NCBI GenBank assembly: GCA_946630315.1 | Contig: CAMOYT010000003.1 | Span: 1 to 62,053 of the forward strand | Length of the DNA: 62,053 nt | DNA from: an uncultured Bacillota bacterium | Lineage (GTDB): Bacteria > Bacillota_I > Bacilli_A > RF39 > UBA660 | Direction: 5' to 3' | Part shown: positions 50,634 through 59,100 of the stretch, piece after piece | How the letters are laid out: every line of letters begins with the position of its first letter | Numbering within the stretch: position 1 is the first letter of the stretch | Made by a program: the position numbers and the translations under genes | The notes under the pieces: model-generated | Database searches by the model: none | What the model was told of the DNA's origin: nothing | What the model saw: only the letters and a program-made list of their open reading frames with translations

Positions 50634-53123
50634 TTAATAAGTGTCTGGACAAGCAGATGCCGAACACTCAGTAGCTCCTGTACAATTCTTTTTAATATAA
50701 TAACCTGCATAACTACCTTCAGTTATTTTCCACCAACTACCGTCATATGATTCAGCTTTAAATGTATCACCCTGCGAACCAGTATAACTACAATCAGTTG
50801 TACTAGGAATAGCATTAATGCAAGTATCTCCCGCTCTACATAGCCTAATTGTAGTATCACATGATTGCGTATTACATTTAGCTGAATCTGTATCAGTTCC
50901 ACATTTATGGCTTGTATGTCCTGCTACTTTACTATAATATGTTCCAGATCTTGTTTTAGTTCCACCACCACATTTTACAGAACATTTTCCCCAATCATCC
51001 CATTTTATCTCTTTAGACTCACATCTATCAAGTTTTGAAGTATATGTAGTAAATGCACTACAATTATCAAACGAATCACAAGCTTTATAACTAACTGTTA
51101 CTGTTCCTTGTTTATTAACATTTCTACCAGATTGTTGACTATTTGCTACATCATTATTTCCTTGACCATTTGTTGTTAAGAAATATTTTACTCCACCTAC
51201 TCCTCCATCAGTTGAACCACTTGCTACTACAAATAGATAACCATTATACCATGTATCATTAGGATGAGTACTTAACCCACTAAATGAACCAATATTATCT
51301 TTACTTGGCTTTTTATATCCAGTTACTGTTGGAGCTGTTGGAGCCTTTCTATCTAGTTTTACTATTCTTTCTACATAATCAGACCAGTTACCGGCATTAT
51401 CCCTTGATCTATACTTTATTGTTACTGTTCCTTCTTCTATATTTACGTTTCTATAATTTTGATTACTATCTGTTACATCATTATTTCCTTGACCAGATGT
51501 TGTTAAATAATTTCCTGCTACTCCTGACATGCTATCTGTTGATCCTGATGCTTTTACTAAAACCCATCCTTTTAACCATGTATTAAAAGTATAGGCACCT
51601 AATCCTGTCTCTGATGTAATATTAGTAGCATTATTCTTTTTATATCCAGTTACTGTTGGTTCTGTTGGTTTTGTTCTATCTAAATCCATTTCTAGTGTTA
51701 CTGATACAGTGTTTTGGAATCCATCTTTTACTGTTATTACTGTATATCTTGAACCTTCGTCTACTAATTGCCTTCTTGTTCCTACTGTATCTTTATCTGG
51801 ATTATTATTTTTAACTGCTTTTGTTTCTGCATTAGGGAACTCATATGGATGCGTTATATTTGATAATGTAGATAATGTTTTTCTATTACTTGAATCTTTC
51901 TTTATATTCTTAGCATTTTCTTCTGTAAGTATTTGTCTTAGAGCAACATTATCACTTGTTATTGTCTCTATAACTATACCATATGGATAGTTTGCTTTAT
52001 TTAACCAACCATTATGATTATTACTTAAATCACTTGATTTTATAGTACCTGTCTTATTATCATTATTAACTGTTATACCCTTTAGTACATTACCTTCCTT
52101 ATTACCATTAGAGTCTGATTTATATATATTAACAGTTAGAGTTGGTGCTGTTTTATCAATATATGTTGTTACTTCACACTTTGTTGCATTTCCTTCTACA
52201 TCTTTTATTGTTATGAATCCTGTAATACTATCTTCTGTAAATGTTTTGGTATAATTTTCTTTCTCACAACCTGATCCATCATGATCATCACAACCTACAG
52301 TAATAGTTCTCTTTGTATTTACCCATTCTTTTACTCCTGATTTTGTATTAGGTTTATCTTCATCTTTAATTTTACATTCTGGTCCTTTTTTATCCTCATA
52401 ATCATTCATAAATGCTCCACTTTTACTATTACCATTTAAATTAGTTGCTGATACTACTACTTTTATCTTCTTACTTCCATGTAGTGTATATTTTGATAAA
52501 TTTATTGTTTTATTAACACTTAATTCTCTACTTTCAACATTTCCTGAACTCATTAATTGAACGTATTTATTAGTACTATCATTAAAATAATATATAGTAT
52601 ATGTATAACTTAATAATTTAATAGTATTATCACTACTACCATGTATCTTTATTGTTACATTAGCTGTTTTTAAATCTTCTTTCTTACCTGGAAATACTAC
52701 CTCTAAAGTTGGTGTACCATCTTTTAATTTTTCTTTTGCTTCTCTATCTGGCTTACATGTTAAATATGCTGTATATGAATAATCTGATTTACCATATTTA
52801 AAGATATTTACATATGTTTTTTCTTCATCACATTTAGTCTTACCATTATAAGAAGTTAAATCACTTTTTAAATAGTTAGCATCTCTTAACTGTTTTGCAG
52901 TTATCTTAGTCTTTTTACCTGTTATTTTAGGTAATTTAGACTTATTAGATTGCACATAACTTTGAGCTGCTAAAACAAGATTCTTTTCAGTACTTTTATA
53001 ATATTCTTCATGTGCTTTTGATAATATTCTAGTTACTGCAGTTATTCCAATTACTGCAATTATTCCTAATATAGTTACGGCAGCTAATAATTCTACCATA
53101 GAAAAGCCTTTATCATTTTTCAT
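50634..53123 (-). CDS. giant type IV pilin-like protein (829 aa) with Ig-like repeats, a TSP1-like repeat and Cys-rich/SH3-like C-terminus
   Basis: Class III (prepilin) signal MKNDKG|FSMVELLAAVTILGIIAVIG with Glu at +5. A pilin-like head is followed by beta-sandwich modules including a tandem 108/109-aa duplication. Then comes the TSP1-like repeat CESKEIKWDDWGKCSVKCGGGTKTR...C...C...C. The tail contains WWKITEGSYAGYYIKK. Confidence 0.85.
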   Translation of the reverse strand: MKNDKGFSMVELLAAVTILGIIAVIGITAVTRILSKAHEEYYKSTEKNLVLAAQSYVQSNKSKLPKITGKKTKITAKQLRDANYLKSDLTSYNGKTKCDEEKTYVNIFKYGKSDYSYTAYLTCKPDREAKEKLKDGTPTLEVVFPGKKEDLKTANVTIKIHGSSDNTIKLLSYTYTIYYFNDSTNKYVQLMSSGNVESRELSVNKTINLSKYTLHGSKKIKVVVSATNLNGNSKSGAFMNDYEDKKGPECKIKDEDKPNTKSGVKEWVNTKRTITVGCDDHDGSGCEKENYTKTFTEDSITGFITIKDVEGNATKCEVTTYIDKTAPTLTVNIYKSDSNGNKEGNVLKGITVNNDNKTGTIKSSDLSNNHNGWLNKANYPYGIVIETITSDNVALRQILTEENAKNIKKDSSNRKTLSTLSNITHPYEFPNAETKAVKNNNPDKDTVGTRRQLVDEGSRYTVITVKDGFQNTVSVTLEMDLDRTKPTEPTVTGYKKNNATNITSETGLGAYTFNTWLKGWVLVKASGSTDSMSGVAGNYLTTSGQGNNDVTDSNQNYRNVNIEEGTVTIKYRSRDNAGNWSDYVERIVKLDRKAPTAPTVTGYKKPSKDNIGSFSGLSTHPNDTWYNGYLFVVASGSTDGGVGGVKYFLTTNGQGNNDVANSQQSGRNVNKQGTVTVSYKACDSFDNCSAFTTYTSKLDRCESKEIKWDDWGKCSVKCGGGTKTRSGTYYSKVAGHTSHKCGTDTDSAKCNTQSCDTTIRLCRAGDTCINAIPSTTDCSYTGSQGDTFKAESYDGSWWKITEGSYAGYYIKKNCTGATECSASACPDTY
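51030..51680 (-). repeat. in-frame tandem duplication (327 + 324 nt) inside the pilin-like gene
   Basis: The 24-mer CTTTTTATATCCAGTTACTGTTGG occurs at 51309-51332 and 51636-51659, a period of 327 nt. The encoded units both begin DR(T/K)xPTxPTVTGYKK and contain ASGSTD and TTxGQGNNDV. Confidence 0.85.
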
Positions 53124-53186
53124 ACACTATCACCTATTATGTATTATAACATAAAAAAAGAATAGATAATACTATTCTTTTATATT

Positions 53187-54332
53187 TTATTTTACATAAC
53201 TATATTCATTTTCTAAACTATCAATAGCAGCATCTAATACATATGCATCTCCAGATTCATCACTTAAGGCACCTTCTATTTCCCAATATGTATTAAATCT
53301 ATTATTACTATCATAATCTAAATAAGCAATATAATCATAATCAGCATTTGCATAATACCAACAACTCTCATTTTCATCCCAAAGAATCTTTAATTCTTCT
53401 TCACTAACATCATACTCTTCAGCTGCATCACTTCTAAGTTCAGTAACAAACTCTCTATTAACTTGGTTAACTTTGCTAGCTTCTAAGACAAAGCAAGTAT
53501 TAGCATCTTGATTAGGATCATGTATTACACGATAATCACTAGTAAGAATTGAAGGTAATTTAGTATAGTAATCAAATACTGTACTAGTATCATAATTATT
53601 CATTCTAATTAATTCATCATTTTCTCCAATTAAATGAATTCTATTGCCATTATTTAAAATAATACTTCCATCATTATCATTTTGATAAAAGTCACTTCTA
53701 AATTCACTACTTAATACTGGAGTAACTAAGATTGAATATAAGTATTCACGACTTAATCCAGTAATATATCCATCGCTTAATTCTTTAGCAGTACTATAAC
53801 ATACATTAAAGTCTCTACTATTATAAGCATTAACATAACTGCATATTAATTCGAAATCATATCTCATTTGATCACTAACATATTGATATACTTCATTAGT
53901 ATTTTCAATATTTTTTAATACTAGTTGATCACTAACTAAACCTCTATTAAAGAATTCTTCATAATTATTTTGAGCTGTAACTAGTTTATTGTAAATCTCA
54001 TCATTAACATAATTGTAATAATCTTCAGGTACGCTTACCTCTTCAACTGGAGCTTCTTCAACATATTCAGCTGGAACAACTTCATTAATAATTTGCTCTT
54101 CCTCCTCATATGGAACACCATCAACACCATCGATTGCTTGAACTGTTTCAGTTGGCTCAATATCATTTTCAACTATTTTACCGCTTTTAGTACCACCTAG
54201 ATGTGCTGCACCAAATCCAATAGCAGCAGCAAGGATTGCAATTAATACTACATTTCCTGTTTTTGAAGCATTATTCTTATTATTGCTTACTCTCTTTTTA
54301 GTTCCGTTCGACTTTTTATTAGTCGTACTCAT
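53187..54332 (-). CDS. single-pass membrane protein (381 aa), unknown function
   Basis: Start moved to ATG 54332 (MSTTNKKSNG...) after AGGGGGA. The first 20 codons of the ORF-track ORF (TTG start) are actually the promoter. TM VVLIAILAAAIGFGAAHL, an acidic linker, then a Tyr/Asn/Asp-rich ectodomain. Confidence 0.75.
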   Translation of the reverse strand: MSTTNKKSNGTKKRVSNNKNNASKTGNVVLIAILAAAIGFGAAHLGGTKSGKIVENDIEPTETVQAIDGVDGVPYEEEEQIINEVVPAEYVEEAPVEEVSVPEDYYNYVNDEIYNKLVTAQNNYEEFFNRGLVSDQLVLKNIENTNEVYQYVSDQMRYDFELICSYVNAYNSRDFNVCYSTAKELSDGYITGLSREYLYSILVTPVLSSEFRSDFYQNDNDGSIILNNGNRIHLIGENDELIRMNNYDTSTVFDYYTKLPSILTSDYRVIHDPNQDANTCFVLEASKVNQVNREFVTELRSDAAEEYDVSEEELKILWDENESCWYYANADYDYIAYLDYDSNNRFNTYWEIEGALSDESGDAYVLDAAIDSLENEYSYVK

Positions 54333-54363
54333 AATTATTCCCCCTATGACCAATGTCGCTAGA

Positions 54364-54392
54364 ATTATATCATATTTTACCTTTTTTGTCAA
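54364..54392 (-). promoter_or_regulatory. perfect-consensus sigma-A promoter for the 381-aa gene
   Basis: Minus strand: TTGACA (54392-54387), 17-nt spacer, TATAAT (54369-54364). It sits back-to-back with a plus-strand extended -10 (TGGTATAAT, 54395-54403) serving the RNHCP gene. Confidence 0.65.
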
Positions 54393-54419
54393 TGTGGTAT
54401 AATGATATCAGGTGATTAA

Positions 54420-54722
54420 ATGAAACAATTTAATATGGTTGATGAAACCTTTACATGTGAAAATTGTGGCCGATTAGTTGATAAATTAAATTATACAGCA
54501 AGAGATCATTGTCCATATTGTCTATATTCAAAACATGTAGACATAAATCCAGGAGACAGACAAAATCCATGCAAAGGACTACTAAAACCAATAGAAATAG
54601 AAAAATATAAAGATACATATAAAATAATCTATCAATGTGAAAAATGTCATAAAACACATAAAAATGTAGTAGCAAAAGATGATGACATAAATAAAATAAT
54701 TGAAATTTCTACTAAACAATAA
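54420..54722 (+). CDS. RNHCP-domain zinc-ribbon protein
   Basis: 100 aa. CENCGRL...ARDHCPYCLYSKHVD...NPCKG...CEKCHKTH matches the RNHCP motif (variant RDHCP) with paired CxxC boxes. Confidence 0.75.
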   Translation: MKQFNMVDETFTCENCGRLVDKLNYTARDHCPYCLYSKHVDINPGDRQNPCKGLLKPIEIEKYKDTYKIIYQCEKCHKTHKNVVAKDDDINKIIEISTKQ

Positions 54723-54754
54723 AAAGCCTAGATAAACATATATCTAGGCTTTTC
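54721..54754. terminator. bidirectional intrinsic terminator between convergent RNHCP and nrdG genes
   Basis: An 11-bp stem AAGCCTAGATA / TATCTAGGCTT with a 6-nt loop, flanked by an A-run and a T-run. It overlaps the last codons of nrdG. Confidence 0.7.
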
Positions 54755-55279
54755 ATATTTATTAGAATAATTTTTATCTTCAATATACTTTTCTACAAGT
54801 ACAACTCTTTCTTCTTCTAAACTCTTTTTAACATCAATAATTCTTTGATTTCTAGAACCTCTAAAATATAGATCAAAACTTTTTTCTTCAATCTTAAACT
54901 TACCATCTACTAGTATATCGACCTCTTCTAGTAGTTTTTTTGCTTTAGGATTAAGAATTAGTTTTTCATAAGTAAAACCAGTATAACACCATACATTCAA
55001 TCCCAACTCATGAGCAGCACGTGCTATCTCAAGACATGCCTCTGGTTGGCACATTGGGTCACCTCCTGATAGTGTTATTCCATCTTGATTCTTAATAGTC
55101 TTTAATTCATCAATAATATAATCTACATCAACTAAGGCTCCCCCATTAAAATCATGAGTATCTGGATTGTGACAACCTGGACAAGCATGAGGACATCCTT
55201 GTGTCCAAAGAACAGTACGGATTCCCTCACCATCTACAATTGAATCAGGTTGTAAATCAGCAGCTAAACGAATTTCCAT
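54728..55279 (-). CDS. nrdG: anaerobic ribonucleoside-triphosphate reductase activating protein (radical SAM), copy 1
   Basis: DGEGIRTVLWTQGCPHACPGCHNP is the CxxxCxxC radical-SAM cluster box of NrdG. GITLSGGDPM is also present. Starts 2 nt after the small glycyl-radical ORF. Confidence 0.9.
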   Translation of the reverse strand: MEIRLAADLQPDSIVDGEGIRTVLWTQGCPHACPGCHNPDTHDFNGGALVDVDYIIDELKTIKNQDGITLSGGDPMCQPEACLEIARAAHELGLNVWCYTGFTYEKLILNPKAKKLLEEVDILVDGKFKIEEKSFDLYFRGSRNQRIIDVKKSLEEERVVLVEKYIEDKNYSNKYEKPRYMFI

Positions 55280-55281
55280 TT

Positions 55282-55443
55282 TTATTTATCTTCTTTGCAA
55301 AGGTCTTCAACGCCACTGTGTTTTACACGATCTTTTTCTTCAGCTCTTTTTCCATTATTGAATCTAGAAACATCTCCTGCAAGATATCCTGTAACTCTTC
55401 TTATTCTTTCGAATTTTTCTCCTTCACCAACAATTTTTTCCAT
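55282..55443 (-). CDS. stand-alone glycyl-radical domain of class III RNR (53 aa)
   Basis: Missed by the ORF track. ATG 55443 is preceded by a GGAGGA SD. In MEKIVGEGEKFERIRRVTGYLAGDVSRFNNGKRAEEKDRVKHSGVEDLCKEDK, the segment RRVTGYLAG...FNNGKRAEEKDRVKH aligns with the E. coli NrdD C-terminus RRVCGYLGS...FNAGKQEEVKRRVKH. Confidence 0.8.
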   Translation of the reverse strand: MEKIVGEGEKFERIRRVTGYLAGDVSRFNNGKRAEEKDRVKHSGVEDLCKEDK

Positions 55444-55477
55444 ATTTTTTTCCTCCTCTAAATTTTATTCTTTATAA

Positions 55478-57793
55478 TTATCTACCACAGCACTCTGGAG
55501 TAGTAATTTTCTCAATTGGAATTCCTTCGAATTCTTTACGTCCACATCCTGGACATACATCATTAATAACTCCTACATATCCACAAACAGGATCTCTATC
55601 AACTGGATGGTTAACAGCACCATAACCAATTCCTGCTTCCTTCATTGTACGAATTACACTTTCAAATGCATCAACATTTGCAGCAGTATCACCATCTAAT
55701 TCAATATAAGATATATGACCACCATTAGTAAATTCATGATATGGTGCTTCATGATAAATTTTATCGTGAATACTAATCTTATAATAAACTGGTATATGGA
55801 ATGAGTTAGTATAATATTCTCTATCAGTAACTCCTTTTATCTTTCCATAGATAGCTCTATCTATTCCAGTAAATCTTCCACTTAATCCCTCAGCTGGTGT
55901 AGCTAAACAAGTAAAGTTTAATTTATACTTTTTAGCATTATCATCAATTCTCTTTCTGAAGAATTTAATAATTTCAAGTCCAAGCTTTTGACTTTCTTCA
56001 CTCTCACCATGATGTTTACCAGTTAGAGCTTTTAAACACTCTGCTAAACCGATAAATCCTGTAGATAGTGAACCATGTTTCCATACTTTTCTAAGTCTAT
56101 CAGTTGGTTTTAACTTTTCACCATTAGTCCAAACACCTTGTCCTAATAAGAATGGGAAGTTATAACAACGCTTATTACATTGAACTTCAAATCTTTCTAA
56201 TAATTGATCTCTAACTTTATCAATCATTTCACCAAGTTCTTTATAGAAACCTTTCATATCTGGTTTTTCTCTTTCACCAAGACAAATACCATATTTAATT
56301 CCTAAACGAACTAAGTTAATAGTAGTAAATGAAATATTTCCACGTCCAGTAACAACTTGATTATCAGGACTAGTAACATCAGCAACTACTCTTGTACGAC
56401 ATCCCATATAAGCAACTTCTGTATTATGATTGTTTGGATCATAGAAAGCCTTATTAAATGGAGCATCTATAAATGCAAAGTTAGGGAATAATCTCTTAGC
56501 ACTAACCTTACATGCTAATCTAAATAAATCATAGTTTGGATCTTCTTTATTATAGTTAACTCCTTCTTTAACCTTAAATATAGACACTGGGAATATTGGA
56601 GTTTCTCCATGTCCTAATCCTCTATCAGTACTTAATAAGAAGTTTCTAATAACCATTCTTCCTTCTGGAGAAGTATCTGTACCAAAGTTAACAGATGAAA
56701 ATGGTACTTGAGCACCAGCTCTAGAGTGCATTGTATTTAAGTTATGAACAAAAGCTTCCATTGCTTGTTGAGTTGCACGATCAGTCTTTTGTATAGCCTT
56801 ATCATATGCCTTTTTAAATATTTCTTGAATTCTTTCGCTACCTTTTTGATAATCACTAAAGTCTTCAACATTAATTTCAATACTTTCAACTTTATCAATT
56901 TCACGAATAATTCTATCTATATTTATAACTGGAATAAAACCTTCCAAATCTAAGAAATCATAAATTGTTTGTTTAAATTGCTTCTTAAAAGTCTTTAATA
57001 CTCCAGGAGCTAGGTAGAAATCAAGCATTGGTATTGATTGTCCACCATGTTGATCATTTTGATTTGCTTGAATTGCAATACAAGCAAGTGAAGAATAAGT
57101 ACTAATATCTTGTGGTGGTCTAATATAACCATGACCAGTATCAAATCCATTCTTAAATAATCTCTCTAAATCTATTTGACAACAAGTAGTAGTACCCATT
57201 GCTAAGAAGTCCATATCATGAATGTGGATATATCCTTCATCATGTAATGTAGCAAATTCAGGTTTCATTAAATATGCTTTAGCAAATTCTTTTGAAACAG
57301 TAGCTCCATATTGAAGCATAGTACCCATTGGACTATTTCCATCAATATTAGCATTTTCTCTTTTTGCATCTTCTTCATTAGCACTCTTAAGTCCTAAATT
57401 TTCTAATGATTTTAAGAATTTATGAGTCTTTTTATCATCAAAGAAACTTTGACGTGATTGATTTCTTCTTTCACGATATTCAGAGAAAGATTTATATACA
57501 TCTTCATATCCTTTTTTAGAAAGTTCATCTTCAATCATATCTTGAACTTCTTCAATTTTAAGTTTGTCATTTTCTTTAGCAAACTTTTCTATTCTTTTTA
57601 AAACACCTTGATATACTTTTTGTACATCTTGTGAAGAATATTTTTTTTCTTTTTCTGATTCATCATCATCTACTTCAACACTATCGAATCCCTTTTTTAT
57701 AGCTAAAGCGATTTTTTTCTCATCAAAATCTACTTTTTTACCATTTCTTTTTATAACAGTTAGGTTTTCTAAAACATCACTTACTTCTACCAT
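55478..57793 (-). CDS. nrdD: anaerobic ribonucleoside-triphosphate reductase large subunit, copy 1, lacking the glycyl-radical tail
   Basis: ATP-cone (VIKRNGKKVDFDEKKIALAIKKGF), MGTTTCCQIDL, AYMGCRTRV, NSFHIPV, and a Zn-ribbon CGYVGVINDVCPGCG. The ORF ends at TAA before any RxxGY motif. The ORF track starts at 57808; ATG 57793 has the better SD (GAGGT). Confidence 0.9.
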   Translation of the reverse strand: MVEVSDVLENLTVIKRNGKKVDFDEKKIALAIKKGFDSVEVDDDESEKEKKYSSQDVQKVYQGVLKRIEKFAKENDKLKIEEVQDMIEDELSKKGYEDVYKSFSEYRERRNQSRQSFFDDKKTHKFLKSLENLGLKSANEEDAKRENANIDGNSPMGTMLQYGATVSKEFAKAYLMKPEFATLHDEGYIHIHDMDFLAMGTTTCCQIDLERLFKNGFDTGHGYIRPPQDISTYSSLACIAIQANQNDQHGGQSIPMLDFYLAPGVLKTFKKQFKQTIYDFLDLEGFIPVINIDRIIREIDKVESIEINVEDFSDYQKGSERIQEIFKKAYDKAIQKTDRATQQAMEAFVHNLNTMHSRAGAQVPFSSVNFGTDTSPEGRMVIRNFLLSTDRGLGHGETPIFPVSIFKVKEGVNYNKEDPNYDLFRLACKVSAKRLFPNFAFIDAPFNKAFYDPNNHNTEVAYMGCRTRVVADVTSPDNQVVTGRGNISFTTINLVRLGIKYGICLGEREKPDMKGFYKELGEMIDKVRDQLLERFEVQCNKRCYNFPFLLGQGVWTNGEKLKPTDRLRKVWKHGSLSTGFIGLAECLKALTGKHHGESEESQKLGLEIIKFFRKRIDDNAKKYKLNFTCLATPAEGLSGRFTGIDRAIYGKIKGVTDREYYTNSFHIPVYYKISIHDKIYHEAPYHEFTNGGHISYIELDGDTAANVDAFESVIRTMKEAGIGYGAVNHPVDRDPVCGYVGVINDVCPGCGRKEFEGIPIEKITTPECCGR

Positions 57794-57828
57794 TTTGCAA
57801 TACCTCATTTCTTTCTCTTTCTAATTCA

Positions 57829-57857
57829 ATTTTAGGTACTATTTTTATAAAAAGCAA
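57829..57857 (-). promoter_or_regulatory. candidate promoter of nrdD copy 1
   Basis: Minus strand: TTGCTT (57857-57852), 17-nt spacer, TAAAAT (57834-57829), inside a 313-bp extremely AT-rich spacer. Confidence 0.35.
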
Positions 57858-58121
57858 TAGCAATTTTTACCACTTTTTTTGGTTAATTTTTGGAAACCAT
57901 TGATACATAAAGAAACCATTAAAAAAACTTTTTTTGTTCGATTTACGTAAGTTTACAAAATTAGATTTTTGAAAAACACAAATTTAACATTTTTTTGTTT
58001 TTTTATTTTTTTAAAATTACAATTTCTTTATTTTTCAACGTTTTTATAAAATGATAAAATATATTTTTTTAAAAAATTAAAAAAATCATTTTTTGCATTT
58101 TTTAATTTTTTTGATTTTTTA

Positions 58122-58580
58122 TCAAGCTTTATCAGTGCTTCCAAAACCACCTTTTCTAATACCTTTTGCACGATCTCCATCAACAACTAAGTACTTCATA
58201 AATACCACTTGTCCAATGATATCTCCCTTCTTAACTTCGATGTCTTTATCACTACAATTAAAGTAGGCAAAATAGAAGTGTCCATCATTATCTTCATTAC
58301 CATAATAATCACTATCGATAAGTCCAACACTATTAGCCATCAGAAAGCCCTTTTTAGGCCCACTACTACGATTAAGAAGTAAATAGCACTCATCCTCTTC
58401 ACAATATGCTTTTAGCCCAGTAGGTATCAAAGTAGGCTTAATACCAGGTACATATTTAGGTATTGTTATATCCTCAGCTGCTTCTACATCATATCCTGCA
58501 CTATGTGCTGTCTTCCTATAAGGTAAATGAATATCTTTATCTTCATACCCCTTTACAATTTCAAATCCACGTCTTTTCAT
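58122..58580 (-). CDS. dut: dUTP diphosphatase (trimeric dUTPase family)
   Basis: SAGYDVEAAEDITIP, NSVGLIDSDYYG and the C-terminal RKGGFGSTDKA motif. Starts 1 nt after the nrdG copy 2 stop. Confidence 0.9.
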   Translation of the reverse strand: MKRRGFEIVKGYEDKDIHLPYRKTAHSAGYDVEAAEDITIPKYVPGIKPTLIPTGLKAYCEEDECYLLLNRSSGPKKGFLMANSVGLIDSDYYGNEDNDGHFYFAYFNCSDKDIEVKKGDIIGQVVFMKYLVVDGDRAKGIRKGGFGSTDKA

Positions 58581-58581
58581 A

Positions 58582-59100
58582 CTAAACCTCCATATATAAT
58601 ATCTTCTTATTATTAATTAAACTATTTTTAACATCAATAATACATTGATTACTACTACCAACATAATGCAATTTAACATCAGCAAGTTTTAATACAAACT
58701 TACCATCTATTAATACATCTATATTATTAAGTATAATATCTAAATTCTTATCTTTCTTTTTCTCTTTTATTAATTCATCCCAAGTATATCCAGTGTAACA
58801 CCATATACTCTTATTTGGATATTTATTTTTAATTTCACTTACTAATTTAGCAATCTCTTCTCTATTACCAATGTACAGCGGATCTCCTCCTGATAAAGTA
58901 ATACCACTACACCAATCTTGTTCTAAATCATTAAATATTTCTTTTTTTACTTCTTCATCTACAATTAATCCATCATCTGGATTCCAAGTAATAGGATTTT
59001 GACAAGCTGTACAATGATGACTACAACCACTAACCCAAAGAACTACTCTTAATCCTTCTCCATTAAGCATATCAGCATGAGTTACATTATGATATCTCAC
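58582..59100 (-). CDS. nrdG: anaerobic RNR activating protein, copy 2
   Basis: GTG start sharing 1 nt with the nrdD stop. MRYHNVTHADMLNGEGLRVVLWVSGCSHHCTACQNP aligns with the E. coli NrdG N-terminus (MNYHQYYPVDIVNGPGTR...). GITLSGGDPL is present. Confidence 0.9.
   Translation of the reverse strand: MRYHNVTHADMLNGEGLRVVLWVSGCSHHCTACQNPITWNPDDGLIVDEEVKKEIFNDLEQDWCSGITLSGGDPLYIGNREEIAKLVSEIKNKYPNKSIWCYTGYTWDELIKEKKKDKNLDIILNNIDVLIDGKFVLKLADVKLHYVGSSNQCIIDVKNSLINNKKILYMEV

Noticed and set aside
54333-54392. First 20 codons (TTG start) of the 401-aa ORF
   Set aside because: This segment is itself a perfect TTGACA-17-TATAAT promoter. The next in-frame ATG (54332) has an AGGGGGA SD and starts a sensible N-terminus, so the upstream extension is non-coding.
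55201-55477. Plus-strand ORFs 55201-55461 and 55295-55477 from the ORF track
   Set aside because: They are antisense to nrdG and to the 53-codon glycyl-radical ORF. Their translations are low-complexity Phe/Ser-rich. The minus-strand reading gives a near-perfect NrdD C-terminal motif with a strong SD.
55444-55480. The nrdD1 / small-ORF split as a simple frameshift or read-through artefact
   Set aside because: The nrdD frame hits TAA then TAA. The small-ORF frame has a TAA 8 codons upstream of its ATG and downstream of the nrdD stop. At least two independent changes would therefore be needed to fuse them, and the gap carries a canonical GGAGGA SD. It is kept as a finding, with read-level verification recommended.
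57809-58121. NrdR boxes, riboswitch or other structured element in the 313-bp spacer upstream of nrdD1. This includes the direct repeat GAAACCATT at 57893-57901 and 57912-57920 and the palindrome TTACGTAA.
   Set aside because: I could not find a pair of 16-bp NrdR-box-like palindromes (acaCwAtATaTwgtgt type). The region is mostly A/T homopolymer runs with too little G+C for a stable riboswitch fold. The 9-bp repeat could be an activator site, but on its own it is within chance expectation for such low-complexity DNA.
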